This document shows, one piece after another, positions 28,605 through 42,980 of a stretch of 64,000 nt of DNA. How positions within the stretch are numbered: the first letter of the stretch is position 1; the number at the start of each line of letters is the position of its first letter. The notes beneath the pieces are model-generated. The model made no database searches. It was given only the letters and a program-made list of their open reading frames with translations, and was not told the origin of the DNA. The stretch is taken from NCBI GenBank assembly GCA_035084275.1, contig CM068750.1, positions 6,634,001 to 6,698,000 on the forward strand. The letters run 5' to 3'. The position numbers and the translations under genes are program-made. Origin of the DNA: Hydrolagus colliei. Lineage: Eukaryota.

Positions 28605-29204
28605 TGCAAAGTGTACTAAGAAAAGAGGCATATTTCTTGAAGCCAAATCCAGCTTTGCGCTTTTAAAACTAGACGCTGTTTCTACAATGGATGCTTTTCT
28701 TACTCAAGGCATACTGTGCTATTCCAGTGCTTACCACCAGCTGAAATAAAGCCAGATACATTTGTAAAACTCCAGGGCCTGGTTTTGAGGTCACTGGCAT
28801 GTAATATGTGATGGTCAAGACCTGGATTTGTTGTGATAATTTGCGATGGGGATCGTGACCAGTGAATTGCAACTCTCAAATCACCACTCAGTCATTAATT
28901 AGACCTTGTGCAAAAAAATTACTTCTTGGTGGCTGTCTTAAAATTGCTTTTCTCAGCCCTGCACCTGGGTCCTCTTATCATGTCGCCTTGGCACATCTAA
29001 CACTGGGTTTTAGTCTAGATTTACATCTCTGCATTGCCTCTAGGCCTAGATATCACTCTTACGTTGCAGTGACCAGAACTGTACACAATCTTCGCGAACA
29101 TCACTACAAGCATGAGATTTAAAAAGTGTATTATTTTCTGAAAGAAAGAAACTGCTTCTGTCCTCCGAGGCTAAGCTAAAAACACAGCCAACGAATGCAT
29201 GTTG

Positions 29205-29387
29205 CTCTCAAGGCCTGTCTCAATACCCCACACCTCTTCAACCGTGCCTTTGGTCACCCTCCTAACCTTCCTCTGCCTGCCTTCCTGCTCGCAACTCCCA
29301 GCTCAGGCCTAAATCCCTGACTGCCCAGTGCCTTTGGGTGTGCTCACAGCATGAAAGGGGCTATGCAACTAAATTTAGTTTGTTGTT
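29205..29387 (+). mobile_element. Degenerate L2-type LINE 3' end
   Basis: tcaaggcctgtctcaatac...ctcttcaaccgtgcctttggtcaccc...tgaaaggggctatgc...tttgttgtt. Confidence 0.6.
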
Positions 29388-30435
29388 AAAAGTAAAATGG
29401 ACAATTATGAAAAGAAAACAACAAAAAAGTAGACTGTCTGAATGTGTTGTTTCTCCACTGAGCCTATCTTCCTGAGGTTTAAAAATTAATTGTTTCGTCC
29501 ATGGATCTGAAGTGACTCACCGTTTCCTCATTACACAAGAGCATAAATGTTTGAATCTGTAAGTTTGAAATATTTCCAAAGCAAAGCAGTCATGCTCTCA
29601 ATCTGTAGCCCTTTCTTTTACAATGAATTTGCTTAACTGTGCACGAGGATGTTAAAAGTGGTCTGTCACTCCACATTTGTGTTATAAATGAACTTGGCTC
29701 TGAGAATCTAACTTTTATATGTATGTTTATACGAGTTTACAACCTTTGCCTTATTTTGAGATAAGTGTAGGCAGCAACAGATAGAGTACCCCCTTTGTTT
29801 GAGTTGAACAGCACTTTCTCATTTATTCCCATTATGTAAATATCTCAAACACAACAGACTACTTGTCTGGAATGCTAGGGAATTTATGAAAGAATTGGTT
29901 GAAAACTCTTAGTCCTTAGAAGTACAGTAGACAAAGAAAGCAGTGTGAAAGCTCTAATTGAAACATTCTAAGAGTTGGAGTGCATCCGGGAATAGTAAGA
30001 GTTCTCATAACTGTAATAAATCTCTGCTGAAAGTTTCATGCAATCTACTTATCTTACATGAATGCAAAACTCCCCAGCAAGATTCCTACATTCTCCCAAC
30101 AACTAGTCGAAGATGGTTTGTCCCTGTGTTTGCTGAGATTCAGGGGACCATATATTAACCGTAAGGCTGCAGTTCTTGCTTCTCTATTGTGCATTCACTC
30201 CAAGCTGCATTTACTGTGTAATATTGATAAATTACAGAAATTAGTCACCAGAAAGAATATTTCGACCTTGTTCAATCTAGAATAATTAACCACACATGAG
30301 TTTATACAATACTTAACAGAATACTTTACAGTCAGTTTCAAACCGACCAGTTCAAGTATGATAAAGAGGGAGTGGCAGAGTAAAGAGCTCAAACATGGCC
30401 AAGCTCAAAGGTGTACGCTATGGGGTTCTTCTATT

Positions 30436-30803
30436 TGTGAGTAAACACAGCAGCCAAATTGTACATAACATTGTCTCACCAACAGCCATGAAGTGAATGA
30501 CCAATTTTATTTGATGGTTTGTTGGCCAGGACACTGGGATACACTCCCTTTCCTTTTTGAACTGCCTGTTCAAGTAGATGTTAAAGATTCCATGGTATAC
30601 TGTACTTTGAATAGAAAAGGGAGGCAGAACTTCAGTTTAATAGTCCATCTGAAGGATGTGGGCACCTCTGACAATGCAATATACTCCTAGAATTGCATTA
30701 CATTGTCAGATGAGACTATATGATTCCAAGTCCAGATGTGGGCTTGAACCCACAACTTTCCTCTACTGACTAGAAGAGTGGTGAGAGTGCTACTACTGAG
30801 CCA
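30436..30803 (-). mobile_element. Old near-full-length DeuSINE-like (SacSINE1/AmnSINE1-related) element
   Basis: tRNA-like head on the minus strand (gtgggcttgaacccacaactttc...ggtgagagtgctactactgagcca) plus a core ggcacctctgacaatgca and ggccaggacactggg. It is colinear with the copy at 42075-42405. Confidence 0.7.
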
Positions 30804-32871
30804 GGTTAACACCCATTGTCATCCTCCTCAGTCCTGCATGACAAGCGAACTGATCAAACTAAACTTAACTACAAGATTTTTGTACTGGAAACAGTCAGCT
30901 CTGAATGTTCCAATTGGTTTTGAATGTTAGAGGATGAGAAAGTTTGCTGAAGATGAACTATCGGTCTTGTGAAATCTGACTGGCTCCACCATTACCCACA
31001 AGGTCTCGACTGGTAACAGGTTTACAAGCAGATGTTGCTTATCATATCCAGATGAATATATTTAAACACATAGTTCAAAATGGATCGCAGGTGAAACGAC
31101 AGCAGGCTTCCAGGACTTGAAACGAAAGAGCAAGGTGAAGTAACGGCATGTCGGATCACCAGCAGATGCCTTTTATCTGCTGCCAAGCATCTGAAAGTTT
31201 TTAAGTTAAATGGAATTGTTCTTTCCTCAGGTTCCTTGCCCTGCAGAAGATGTTGACCTAGCAGGGCATTCATGCTGCATCGATCTGGAATCAATTATTC
31301 AGTGGTTGTCAATTCTGCTCAGCACAGTCATGTGTAACCCCAAATAACAGTGATGTTCCATCACACTATATGAAAAGTAGTCCACTGCAATGTTTAAAAG
31401 ACAATTGTCTTCACCTCTTTGTGTGAGCCCCAGGTGCTGCATTATTCTTAAGATGCGTGCAGAGGAGAATGGAGGGAAACAATTTGTTTTTGGGTTGCTG
31501 CCTATTTCCAGTTCAAGTGACAGTAACTAGCTTTGGGGAGATGTGCGAGCGGGGCATCTATTAACTCACCTTCAGACTTGTAGCCTTGCTATCTCTCAAC
31601 CAAGATTAGGACATCACAGTGCCAGGATTCATGGATGATACAATACACTACTGTACAAATCTATTCGACAGGAAAATGGAGGCACCCAGACTCCAATATT
31701 AAGTACTGTAACAGTGAAACTTTGTACAGTAACACTAAAAATGGGCCCAAATCTTCTTCACATGAATATCTATTGACACAAAAGTCCAATTATACATGGG
31801 TTAATGTATCGACCGTTAAACCATTTGTGTCCCGTTTAATTGACATACGTCGGTTTGGTGTGTGATATGGTGTCCACAGGCCAAGGCAGAAATTCAAGGT
31901 GTGGTTAAATTGGAGAAACTGATTGAGAATAAATATTCTAGCTAGTGAGGTGTTCACTGGACTTCTAAACCAGATTGGATTTTGGAACTGAATAAAAGCT
32001 GTCCAGTCCCTTGATGATATTAATCAATTTCATGCTGTAGAAAATTAGAAAGAAGGCGAGCTTTGACATTGTTTCAATTAACGGCCCATATTATTGAAGT
32101 CGCTGCAAATAATAGCACTTATGTTGTTAGCAGGTGCCTTGTTGTCTTGAATCAGCATTCTTTTTGATTATTTTCATGTACAATGAATGAAGTTTTAGGA
32201 ATACATGGAATCATAACAGGATCAATCAACAATCTCCATTAGGTATCTCACTGAAGCCTCTCACATGCTTATTCTGCGAACAAGTGGAGGGTGTTTAAAA
32301 AAAAAGGGCCCCACAAAGGGAACTCACACAAACTAGATTTGGACGGATCTTCCTTTCAAACAACCAAGTGCTGAACTGTGCAGACTCATCCTAAGCTTCT
32401 ATTCAGTGATCCCTCGGTTACAGTTGCGTAAAGTGAAATTGTATATAAATTGCTTCTCAGTCTCCATATCAGCTGACATGAAGAACATTTAAAAGCTATC
32501 AGAAAAAGCCAATACACGTATGTGAGGCTTTTGTTTAACTGCACACTGTTGGGTAAAATTGGCAGTGTTTCATAACACGTTTGATGTGATAAATTTTGCC
32601 CCTGTGCTTCACATGCTACCACAGCCCTTATTTATTACATTGCACAGTAGAGGCACCACAAACCAGACATAAAATGTTTTTATATAACCCCAGTCCAACA
32701 TTAAAATCTGCTGGCTAACCTGCCTGATGTCAGACACACCTGTGATCTGCCCTGGAGATCAGTGGGAGTGCATGTCCTGACTGTACTCATAAAATATTTG
32801 AGTCCAAGGCATCAAAACCAAATGGAGAAAGAAATCTTTAAGAGTATTTTTTGTTGTATGGTCAGTAAAAG

Positions 32872-32992
32872 ATATTTCGCCCACAAAATATCGACACACA
32901 CCAATTTACAGTATATCCTGTGAAGTGCTTTGAGGCATCTTGATGACTTGATAAAGCACTCTATCAAATGCAAGGATCATTATTCTTATTAT
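32872..32992 (+). mobile_element. SINE 3' fragment
   Basis: tttcgcccacaaaata...ctgtgaagtgctttgag...atcaaatgcaaggatcattatt. Confidence 0.82.
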
Positions 32993-34091
32993 AAGGAGTC
33001 CTTGTATCCTTCCTCCACGTGATGGTCATGCATCCGCTTATGCAAGAAAGGCAAAGGGAAAAAAAAGAGAGTGTCGCAGTGCAAACTCTGGAGAAAGACA
33101 CGATCTGGTGGTCATCCTGGAATGATATTAAATACTGTGATATCTATCAGTAGGAAATCCTGGAGATTGAACATTATAAGCAGTTATTATTTTATATTAT
33201 GGGTGGGGTACAGCGACCAGAGATAATGATACAGAGATGAAATTAGAAGCATTTTTATAATGCATTTTATCTGGTTGTTATTGCATTGCATGGTTAATGA
33301 AACGTCACTATTGTACCCACGCATATTTTAACTGCACGAATATTTTAACCGGTTGCAACTTCTGGGAACTTAAGGAGTGTTCTTCCTACCAGTTCCTACC
33401 ATGTCTTGACATGTGCAAGTCCGATGGCATTAAAAATTCCAAATCCAAATATGGTTGCTTTAACATGTTGCCTGTTCATGTGAAATTAGTACTATGAATG
33501 CATAGAAGTGACTCATTCGCTCATGACTATTACATAATACCAGGTACTCTGGTGATATTAGTCAGCCTGCCATCAGACTTGCCCTATGCACTTGCTGCAC
33601 ACACATCTGTTGATTCTTCAATGTGTTTGTTTCACTGAGAACATTTTCCTGTAAGTAGTCATCCCAAAAACATTGCCTAAGTCTAAAATATATTGCGTCT
33701 GGAAACTTGAGTTTCCACAATACTGGAAGCTGTGCTGAATTAAAAGTTGGCAGCTTGTGAAGGAAGTATAATGAGTCTAGGAGGGAATGCAGATGGGTGT
33801 GGAGGGAAGGAGACCATAAAAAGATTATGTCCAATCCTAGTTTTCTAATTTGCTCCCATCTCCACTGCCTCATTGATATGTATGTACCTCTTCGCTCCTG
33901 GACTGGCCTCGTCTTGCTGAGATGCTTGCTTCTTGTCTGATGCCCTCCCTGCTCTACTCAAATAGCCACTGACTTGTAGCCTTAATTGGTTGTAGAGTAA
34001 ACTGTTGTTAAAAAAATATAAACCTGGATAATTTGAAAGACAATATCTCATTTCCATTGGAATAATGTACCCTAAATCGTGAACTTATCTC

Positions 34092-34190
34092 TAGTATTAT
34101 ATTCCGTGAAGTACTTTGAGACACCTTGAAGATGTGATGAGATGTGATGTATCAAATGCAAGGATTATTCTTCTTATTATTATTTATTAT
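34092..34190 (+). mobile_element. SINE 3' tail fragment
   Basis: tattccgtgaagtactttgagacacc...atcaaatgcaaggattatt. Confidence 0.78.
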
Positions 34191-36446
34191 GGCATGGCTT
34201 ACCCACGTACCATTGTGTCACTGTAGCACCTCTTTACACCTTCCATAAAGCTCCCGATACACAGTTATGCTTTTTGTTTCGCAATGTGATGGTAAAACAT
34301 ACGATTAATTGTGTTCCCTGCAGATAGTGTAAAAGTTCCTAAAACTCTGAATTCAAGGAGCGATGCATTGCTGAGTGTTCGGGCACATGTACTGAAATGA
34401 TTTACATGCTCCCATGTTGCCGGGTTTTTTTAATTGCAGTAATTTTTTCTATAATTACAAACTTGCTTTGACTAAAGCCATTTGTGATTTCTGTAGGGGC
34501 GGTATGCAAACCACCGATCATTTAGAAAAAGCATTTGCTGTCTGAGCAGTTTATATTGTAGACTAAACAAATAGGGGCTGGAATGAGCAGTGATCAGACA
34601 ATAAAATCACATGTCTCAAAAGTAAATCCCACATTGACTTAAACTTTAAGATTAAGTGACACTCGTGTGGTTTCAGATGAAATCGGGTACACATTAGGCT
34701 TCATCAGAATAGTCCTTTTGTAGTTATTTGCTGGGTGTGCAATTAAAGGCAAAGGCAGTCCTAACCAAGGGGCCACCAGCCTTTTAATTGTGTTCAGCTT
34801 TGGATGCCTGATCTAGTTGGAGCTCTCTGGGGAAGTGGTAAGTGGTGCTTCTCCTGAGGGATGGAGGAGACTTGCATTGCTTTGACTTGTGGGTTGGACA
34901 CAGCTGCGTCGCCAGGACCCAGGGGGGCTTACTTTATAATCTTGGGGAGTGTTATTTACATGGTGTGGGGGCAGGTGTCTTACATGTGGGCATGTGGAAT
35001 GTAAGCACAGGGACAATGGATGAAACAGGAAAACATTATCTGTTGAATCTCGGCCATTTGGAATCTAGTTAGGAAATGCTTATTAAACTTCATAATGTCT
35101 CCAAAGACCTTTTTAGGTTAAAAAGAAATGAAGGTCCCTTTGACTGTAAACACTGAAATCTGAAAATAAAACAGATGTAACACAATAAACTGAGGAACAT
35201 ATTTTACAATACAATATAATTTACATTTATATAGCCCCTTTCACATTATGGCGCCAAACCTGACTGCTCGTGTTCCTACCACATTAGCCTTATTCAGCCT
35301 CTGAGTCATTGCAAATGTACAAGTTTTATAAGTGGCTTTCCACGGTGGTTGGAAATGAATGTCAGGTTGAGGTGGTATGTTAATAACTAGTTGCAACATG
35401 TATAGTGTTTGTGCCCCGAGCTCTTTAAAGGCACATTGTTTTCATGAAAATTTACCAAACTTTCTTCCCCTACACAAATAATGTTGAGGATCACCAAGGA
35501 TTCATTGGCTGCAAATTGGTACCATTGTATTGGAAATTGAACCAGCCCTTCCTGGTATTTATCAGCCTGTGATAAGGAAGATTTTTCCAAACACTGTACT
35601 GTAACAGACTCCTGAGGGTAATCAGTGTGGATTCAAATAAAAACGAAGAATCAGAGTTACAGCCTCTCTACACGGCATAACTTTCTGTTACGTTGTATCA
35701 CAATTAGGAGGAGGAAATTTCCTGCGTCCAAATTGGTATTCAGTAATAAATTTTAACATTGAATCCGTCAAGAAATGACGGAATTTCAGTTGACAACCTT
35801 CAGTTCTAAATTTTCACCGCTCCATCTTTGGGTTGTTTTAAGAGGAAGCCTCTTAAAAGATTTTGTTTCCAACTCTGTTACATAATGTTTGTGTACATTT
35901 GTACACATCTACAGCCAGCATGTGAACCTACTTGTTATAATATGCCAGCCACGAATTATCTGCTCTCTTATTTGTCAAACTTTGCTCTTTTTGTTTCACT
36001 TTTGGGTCTACAAAGGTTTGCACGAGTTCTTCCATGCAGCAAAAAGCTTTTACTTTTGCAACAAAATTAATTGAAAGCCAAGAACATGCATTGCTGCCTA
36101 AGGACGTACATAGATTTTACGAGCCAGGCCACAAACGCATTTGCTTTGAGCAGAATGGCTGGCATCACAGTGTAAATGGTTATGAAATATTAAATATCTC
36201 CAATCTAAGGTGTCCTGGTTTGGGTCGGATCTGTAGCAGTAAATTAAATTTCACCAGACTATGAAAAATACCAATTCTGTTCATGAACTGAAATCAATGA
36301 ACTTGATTTTTTTTTAATGAGGACTATCTTGTAGATTATCTGCCCTTTAATTTTATCCTGTCCTGATTGAATGGATTAGACCCACTTGAATCAGGAATTA
36401 GTTGGTGACCATTTCTTTGAGAGATTACTCCATTAGAAAAATAACT

Positions 36447-36625
36447 TAATAATAATAATAATAACTTTTGCATTTGCTGTAGCACCTTATCACATCTTCC
36501 ATTCATCTCAAAGCACTTCATAGAATGTACTCTAAATTGAATTGAGTGTTGTTTTGTGAGTGAAATGCGGTAGCCAATTGCACACAGCAGTGTCCCACAA
36601 ACAGTTGTGGATTGAGTAACCAAAT
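36447..36625 (-). mobile_element. SINE 3' half
   Basis: (taa)n...tagccaattgcacacagcagtgtcccacaaacagttgtggattga. Confidence 0.82.
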
Positions 36626-37744
36626 TACTTTTTTTTAAATATGCGTTCAGAGAGCAATGGTGGGCAGAATTCATTTCTCCTGAATATTTTGGTTAAATTT
36701 CTTTCCAAAAATAATTCATAAATGAGTTTAAAAGTTTATTGATGCCAATTGTGCTTTTCTTTAAACTGGAAAGCATCCAGTTGTACAGTTACAAATCTAT
36801 GTGGGAGGATTGAGTTGAATCTAATGTGAGTATGGTACTAGGAATGGAACATTTTCTCCCTTATTGCATTCATCAGTAGCAAACAGAGATCATATTTATT
36901 CCCAAATATGAATACAATCTGATGTTCACTTGACACTATATATAAACTTACGTATTCTTAATTTAACAAATCTGCTGATGTAAGTCACTTTGCAGGAAAA
37001 ACAAACTATTTTGCTGAGCTGAGCTTCCCCTCCCAATGGCTTAGCCTGGCATAACAGGTTCAGCTCAGAGACTTTGAGCACAACAACTTGCATTTACATA
37101 GCATCCCTTCACACCAAACGGCATCTAGGTGAGTTTAACTCAGGTTCAAATCCCTGTTTGTGCTCAGTTTGCTAATCTCACCCATGGCAGCAGTCAGGGA
37201 CATGCAATATGCATCAGCTACTGCATCGCTTGCGGAATAAGTTGCTGCTATATTTGGTGCCTGTGTAAATACACAGTGAGAACTTACAATTGCATCCTAC
37301 GCTGACTGATGTGTTCTCCACTATCACTTCCTCTCATACCTTGGATTTCACTGGTTTATTTCAATCCCTGCCTCGTTTTATATAAAAACACATTTCTATG
37401 ATTATGTTAGGTATGAATTGAGAATCTATGGTGAGCGCATCCAGCATGTGTGAATCTACACAAATCGACTGGTTTATTAAACACAGTTGCGCAGCTGCCT
37501 GGTGGTAATAAGTGGGACAGTTCTGTGGAATCTGCCCATGTGGATTTAATTGGCAAACCCACTGAGTCTCGGTGTGAATAAGGCAAAACCCTGCCAGATC
37601 AGATAGAGTTCTTGTTACATTGTCCCAATAATTTGTTTGAACATAATCTCAAATGATTACATTGGTGTTATTATTCCACTTTCCCACTAGTTATCTCTTC
37701 ATGCAGGAAATTGAGTTCTCTGAATGAGATGGCCATTCTATCAA

Positions 37745-37880
37745 CTCCCAATAGAGCTGGTTTGAGGCTATTAATTGTATATGGGCAAGGTACAGCTGGT
37801 ATCAAGGAGATTTTCATCTCATAAACTGGGCTGGATTCATATGCAGGTCACACAAGTGAAAGATGAAACACTGATCCTTC
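37745..37880 (-). mobile_element. LF-SINE-like 5' region relic
   Basis: The reverse complement reads ctttcacttgtgtgacctgcatatgaatccagcccag...gaaaatc...gctgt, like the recalled LF-SINE head CTTTCACCTCTGGGACC..GGTTCGAATCCAGCCCAG. Confidence 0.5.
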
Positions 37881-40800
37881 TACAGATCACCCTTTATATT
37901 TCACAATCTTGTAGACGAGTTGATTGAGGTGAGTGTTTGTAGCTGGATAGATGGCCTGGAAAACAAAAGCAATTCCAGGGAAGCTTCATTGCAATGATAG
38001 TTTGGAATGTGCTGTAACATTGCCAATTGAATTCCAGAGGTTTTAGGAAGAAATGCTTGAAGAGGAAGTCTCATCAATAATCCTCCTTTTAAAATTGAAT
38101 CTCTCAAATAATGTTAGTTTCTTATCTACTACTCTTGTTGTTCTGCAGACTTTGGGAGCAGGGGACAGGGTAAAGATCCACTGAGCAAGGGAGTGAATAT
38201 GTAGTTGGAAGTTATGAGAAGACTTGGCAGGTCAATTGGAAAATAAAAATTGCGTCAGGGCCTGAGAGAAACACAGATTAAAATTATTGTGAAAGTAAAA
38301 CTTTAAAATATAAAAATCTGTTTTAATATTAAGGATTCCAACAAACAATAAATTTCCACAACATTTAAAAACTGGAAATATTCACTTACGAATGTTTTCC
38401 GACAGTCCACGTGGTGGGGGAACCAGAATAAGAAAAATCAACCATATGTTTTATCCTTTGATAAATATAACAAACCCACTGCATATTTCTCTTGCATTAT
38501 TATACCTCAGGTTCCATTAAGTGTCTCAAAATGTTTTATGATTCATTATGACAAATTACTATGGGATAAGGTGGTATTGTTATTATAGATACACCACCCA
38601 AAATAGGCTTTGTACCGAATGGCAGAACTTGAGGAATTGAAGGCAATAATTAAAATAGCTTTAAACAAACATTTCTTGTGGTCTATTTCATAGTACTAAT
38701 AAGGAATCTTATCACATGAACGTGTCTCCTCCCTGACTAGAAACCTGTCAATGTTGACTTACAGGTACATTCTGCTCTAACACAAGAAGTTTCTTGTGTC
38801 CAGTTATCACTGGTCAATGAGAATTCCAATAAATCCTTTCTTAAGCAATTCCGTGAATTAGACCCCATTAATTTCAACACCACAGAGCATGGCAAAAGAC
38901 CCTTGTTGCTGTATAAAGTAGGAAAAAATGTCTACAATTAAATGTATAGGGTAAGGATCTCAGTTTTTTAAATATCTTATTGTATGTTTGTGAGTCCCTA
39001 AAGTTTAATTGAGATTTGATTATGTTTATCTGTGGGTTGAACTAAATTTACTCCAAAGAAGAAACCATTTTTGTTTAACTACATGTACTGAGTGTGTTTG
39101 CGTGCATGTGCATTATTAGAATCTGCATACAAGTACACGGGTGTGCTTCAAATATTTATGTCTGTACATACACAGCCAGGCACAGGGTTTTAGCATACAA
39201 TGGTCTGTGTGATCATCAGAGGCAAAACTACAAGAGCACAGCCAGAAATCTGGTGAGCATTTGGAATAATGTGTCTTTGAATTGATTCCAGTTTAAAGCC
39301 AGAAATGGGTTTCTTTGAAGTTACAAGTGTCTGTACGCAGTCAGAGGTTGGAATTTACCAACATTTGAGTCTGATTTCTAATAGACCTATAAAAAAAATA
39401 AGAGACAGCTGCTGGTCAATGCAGGTGAACAGCTTGATGCTCAGTACAAAACTCTCACTTCAACATGCCAATTTCATCGGAGCAGCTTTCATTTGCGAAT
39501 CCACAAAATACAATCAGGATCAGACAAAATAGGAACCTAAGGTCTCAGCCATGACCTGGTGAAGGTTTATACCTGAAATAACACCTGATAATAGTGAGGT
39601 AAATGTGACATAATTACTTTGTATTTCATGTAACATAACCCAACATCTCTTGTCTAAATATGTTTGCACAGTACTGCTTCACAGTTGCTGTAATTTGGAC
39701 TTGAATGTTTCAGGTTAAAAATCCAATTTCAACTGGAAAGTGCAAGTACTAAACGTCAGTGTGCATTTGTTCTGGTACTGATCAAAATACTCTGTACATC
39801 TCCAATACAAAGCTTCCCCTCTCTTAATTGAAATGTTTGTCAGATATTTAAGGCACGGGTAAATTACTCAAACAAATCCTAAAATAATCTTTGCATTTTG
39901 TGATATTAAGATTCACACAAATGCAGATGGAGGAGTCTAGGTAATATACATTTGTCCATATACAATGTAGACTCAGTTTAGTCAGGAAATGAAGCCACCT
40001 TAGACAGATATCTGAGCAAGTATTAGGGAGAGATGCATCTGCTACTTTCCATCATTCTTTACCTTACATCAACGTGCATCTCAGTGGTGCACCTTTTTAT
40101 TCTCAAACCTTCGGGGAGCCTACAAAGGAGATGGAAGGCCCTAGGTTGTTTTTGATGTGTTTTCTTTGCATTGGAGGCAAAGAGACAATCCCTCTAATTT
40201 CTCAATTTCCTAGTCATGTGGTTGCTTGTTAGACCCATCCAAGTGTTCATGATTATAATTTTCACCATTAAGATCTTCTCAAAGTCTGTTATAGTTGGGA
40301 CCCAAGATAGAGAATTTTAGATTATTTTCTCATCGGTGTTTACAAGGGAAACCACAGCAATGATACAAACCCAGAAGTCTCCAAGATGCCTCTTTGAGAG
40401 GAGGAGGAGGGACTCAGTCCAGATTTTGTTTTTAGTACAAAAAAGACTCTTTGGCATATTTAGATAACCCAAATGAGACGAAATTCAATCTGGCTTCAGT
40501 AAATGGGGATCAAGTTTGAAATATGCATGTTTTCACATGTGCCACAATGCCTGAACAGTAAAGTGCTCCTAAAAAGCAAATTTGAGATATATTTGGCCAC
40601 CAATATCATTTGGTAAAATATTGTGCAGTAAACTTGTGGAAAATAGATTGTGGCTTGTAAAGATGCAAATTGCTAGCTAAATTGGCTGACTTAATGAAAA
40701 GCAAATGTAAGCTGTAAAAGGCTATTTTTTTTCATGAAGAGAAGCAATGGCTAGTGGGATTCAGTGGCCCTTTAACTTTTTGATCTTTGATAATGTTGAG

Positions 40801-40952
40801 GAAGAATGACTAATAAAAAGTGCTTCAAACAATGTAATAATTAAAACCAAAAACATTAATTACAACTGCACAGTGGGGTCCAATGGAGACGGTTTGCAAA
40901 GGTTCACTGTTAGCAACTCAACGCTAACGCAGATTCTTTGCACTATTACATT

Positions 40953-41260
40953 AATGATAATAATAATCCTTGCATTTGATATTGTGCCTTATCACTTCTT
41001 CTAGATGTCTCAAAGCGTTTCACAGAATATACTGTAAAGTGATTTGACTGTATAATTGTGGGTGAAATGTGGCAGCCAATTGTGCACAGCAGTATGCCAC
41101 AAACAGTCGTGGATTGAAATGAGCAATTTATTATTGGGATTTTTTGAGGGATTATTATCAGGTGTGTGGAGTAAGGAAACTTGGCCAAGATTTTGTCCTG
41201 CCTGGAATCAAACCCAGGTTTCTTGCTCGCGAGGCGAGTGCTCTAACCACTGAGCTGCAG
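40953..41260 (-). mobile_element. Full-length tRNA-derived SINE
   Basis: Reverse complement of the 14881 element across its length, including the head gcgagtgctctaaccactgagctgcag. Confidence 0.92.
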
Positions 41261-42074
41261 CTAATGATGATCATATCATTGTTTCTATTCCCTAAACTGA
41301 CAATTCAAGGCATTTTCACAGGTCCATGAGTTCAGTATTAGTTTGGCGCTCCTCTCTGGTATTACATTCGAGCACAATATAGAAGTTGTAAAATTATTTA
41401 TGCAGCTGTTATACAGGAACAAACCTGCGATAGACAAACTCCCGAACATTGTGATATTTTAACATTGAGATTGTGTGTTCAATAAAAATTCATTTTATTG
41501 ATAATTAACAATATAAATGACCTACACAAATTTTTACTCATCACCAACTGGCCTAGAAACCCTTTCACTGACAGTATAGCAAGGTACTGTACAATAGAAT
41601 AACTGGTAAGCAAAATACTTGACAGTACAAACTTGAATAATACCTCAAATGCAGTCAGTTAAACAATTAATAAAACTACAGTAGTTTCATATTGATGCAT
41701 CTTAGTTTGTAATGTTAAAACTGAAGCATCAAAAAAATTCCCGAATGCATAAAAAAAACTGTAGCTTCAACAATTCCTCTTATTTCTAATTTTCATAACT
41801 ATGGAATTATCTTTGGATTTGGCCCCCATGAAATACATAAAGAATGTATTTTATTTTTATTTGGAACAGCAGTTTATTGCACTGTGGCTTTAGTGGTAAG
41901 AATTAGCTAGTTAAACCGATTTAATATGCTGATTTAAGCTGTCGGGTGTGGTATACATTTTTTAAATGATCCATTTACAAGTAATGAAGGATTCATGCTT
42001 CATTACTCTATTTCATCAAATTTCAGAAACTTGTTGTAGTGCAAAAAATACTTCTATTAAAAAAAGGTTTCCTG

Positions 42075-42405
42075 TGCAAGGCAGTCCAATGCGGCACAAT
42101 AATGTCACACAAAAATTATACATGAAACAAAATGACTTATTTTGTATGGGGGAACTATCGTCCAGAACAACTGTGAGAAAAACCCTTCTCTTTCCAACCA
42201 GTATCATACGATCTTTTAACATCCACCTGAACCAGCAGATGAAACATATCATTTGAAGGACAGCAAAGCTAACAATACAGTAATCACCCAGCACTGCATT
42301 TGGAATGCCAGCCTAGACTATATGAGTTCAAAATCCAAAAGTGGGTGTTGAAACCACAACCTTTTGGGTCAGTGGTGAGAGTGGTACTGACTGACCAGCC
42401 TGACA
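42075..42405 (-). mobile_element. Old DeuSINE-like element
   Basis: gatcttttaacatccacctgaaccagcaga...gaaggacagca...gcactgcatttggaatgccagcctagactat...gtggtgagagtgg; colinear with the 30436 copy. Confidence 0.68.
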
Positions 42406-42874
42406 TTGATAGTTTTTTTTATCTGAACACATATATCTCATTTAATAAGTTATTTGCAACATTTTGATCCATTAACAAAACATTGTGGCCACACAAGGGC
42501 TTCAGTGAATGATAGTTTGGTGGCATTTCTCTCTTGGAGCCAGCCATATATGGAAGGTTAGTTTGCTGCCTCCCAGCACTTGAAGTTGCTGCTGTCTCCC
42601 TCTTGTGGCAGAGGAGGAACATGACAGACATATTAATATTGCATCATATTAAGGATAGTTTCCAAATAAAGCGTGAAGCATAAAGTAGGCAGAGAATAAC
42701 AGCTGTGCTAATTTTCAATATACAGCCATTTTAACATGAATAGCCACTTATCGCCATCATTCCTCTTCTGAAGGTGATGATGACCATTGCTGCGGTCCAG
42801 GTTCATCAACACTAACAGTGCACAGGGCAAGGGTCAATTTTTTGCCTAAAGACCCTGAAGATGGCCAGATTATC

Positions 42875-42980
42875 CAGTGGTGGGCATCACAACTCAGCCA
42901 GATGTTCTCACCCAAAGTGCACAGATACCCACTTCACAGCAGGCAATCACTGGGCAGGAGTGGTAACGTGAAACTAGTCC
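42875..42980 (-). repeat. Ancient interspersed repeat fragment (same family as 49270)
   Basis: gggcatcacaactcagccagatgttctcaccca...cagcaggcaatcactgg aligns to the reverse complement of 49300-49380. Confidence 0.6.

Noticed and set aside
35763-35783. Short hairpins such as tccgtca-agaaa-tgacgga (also 53623-53638)
   Set aside because: Stems of 6-8 bp are expected by chance.
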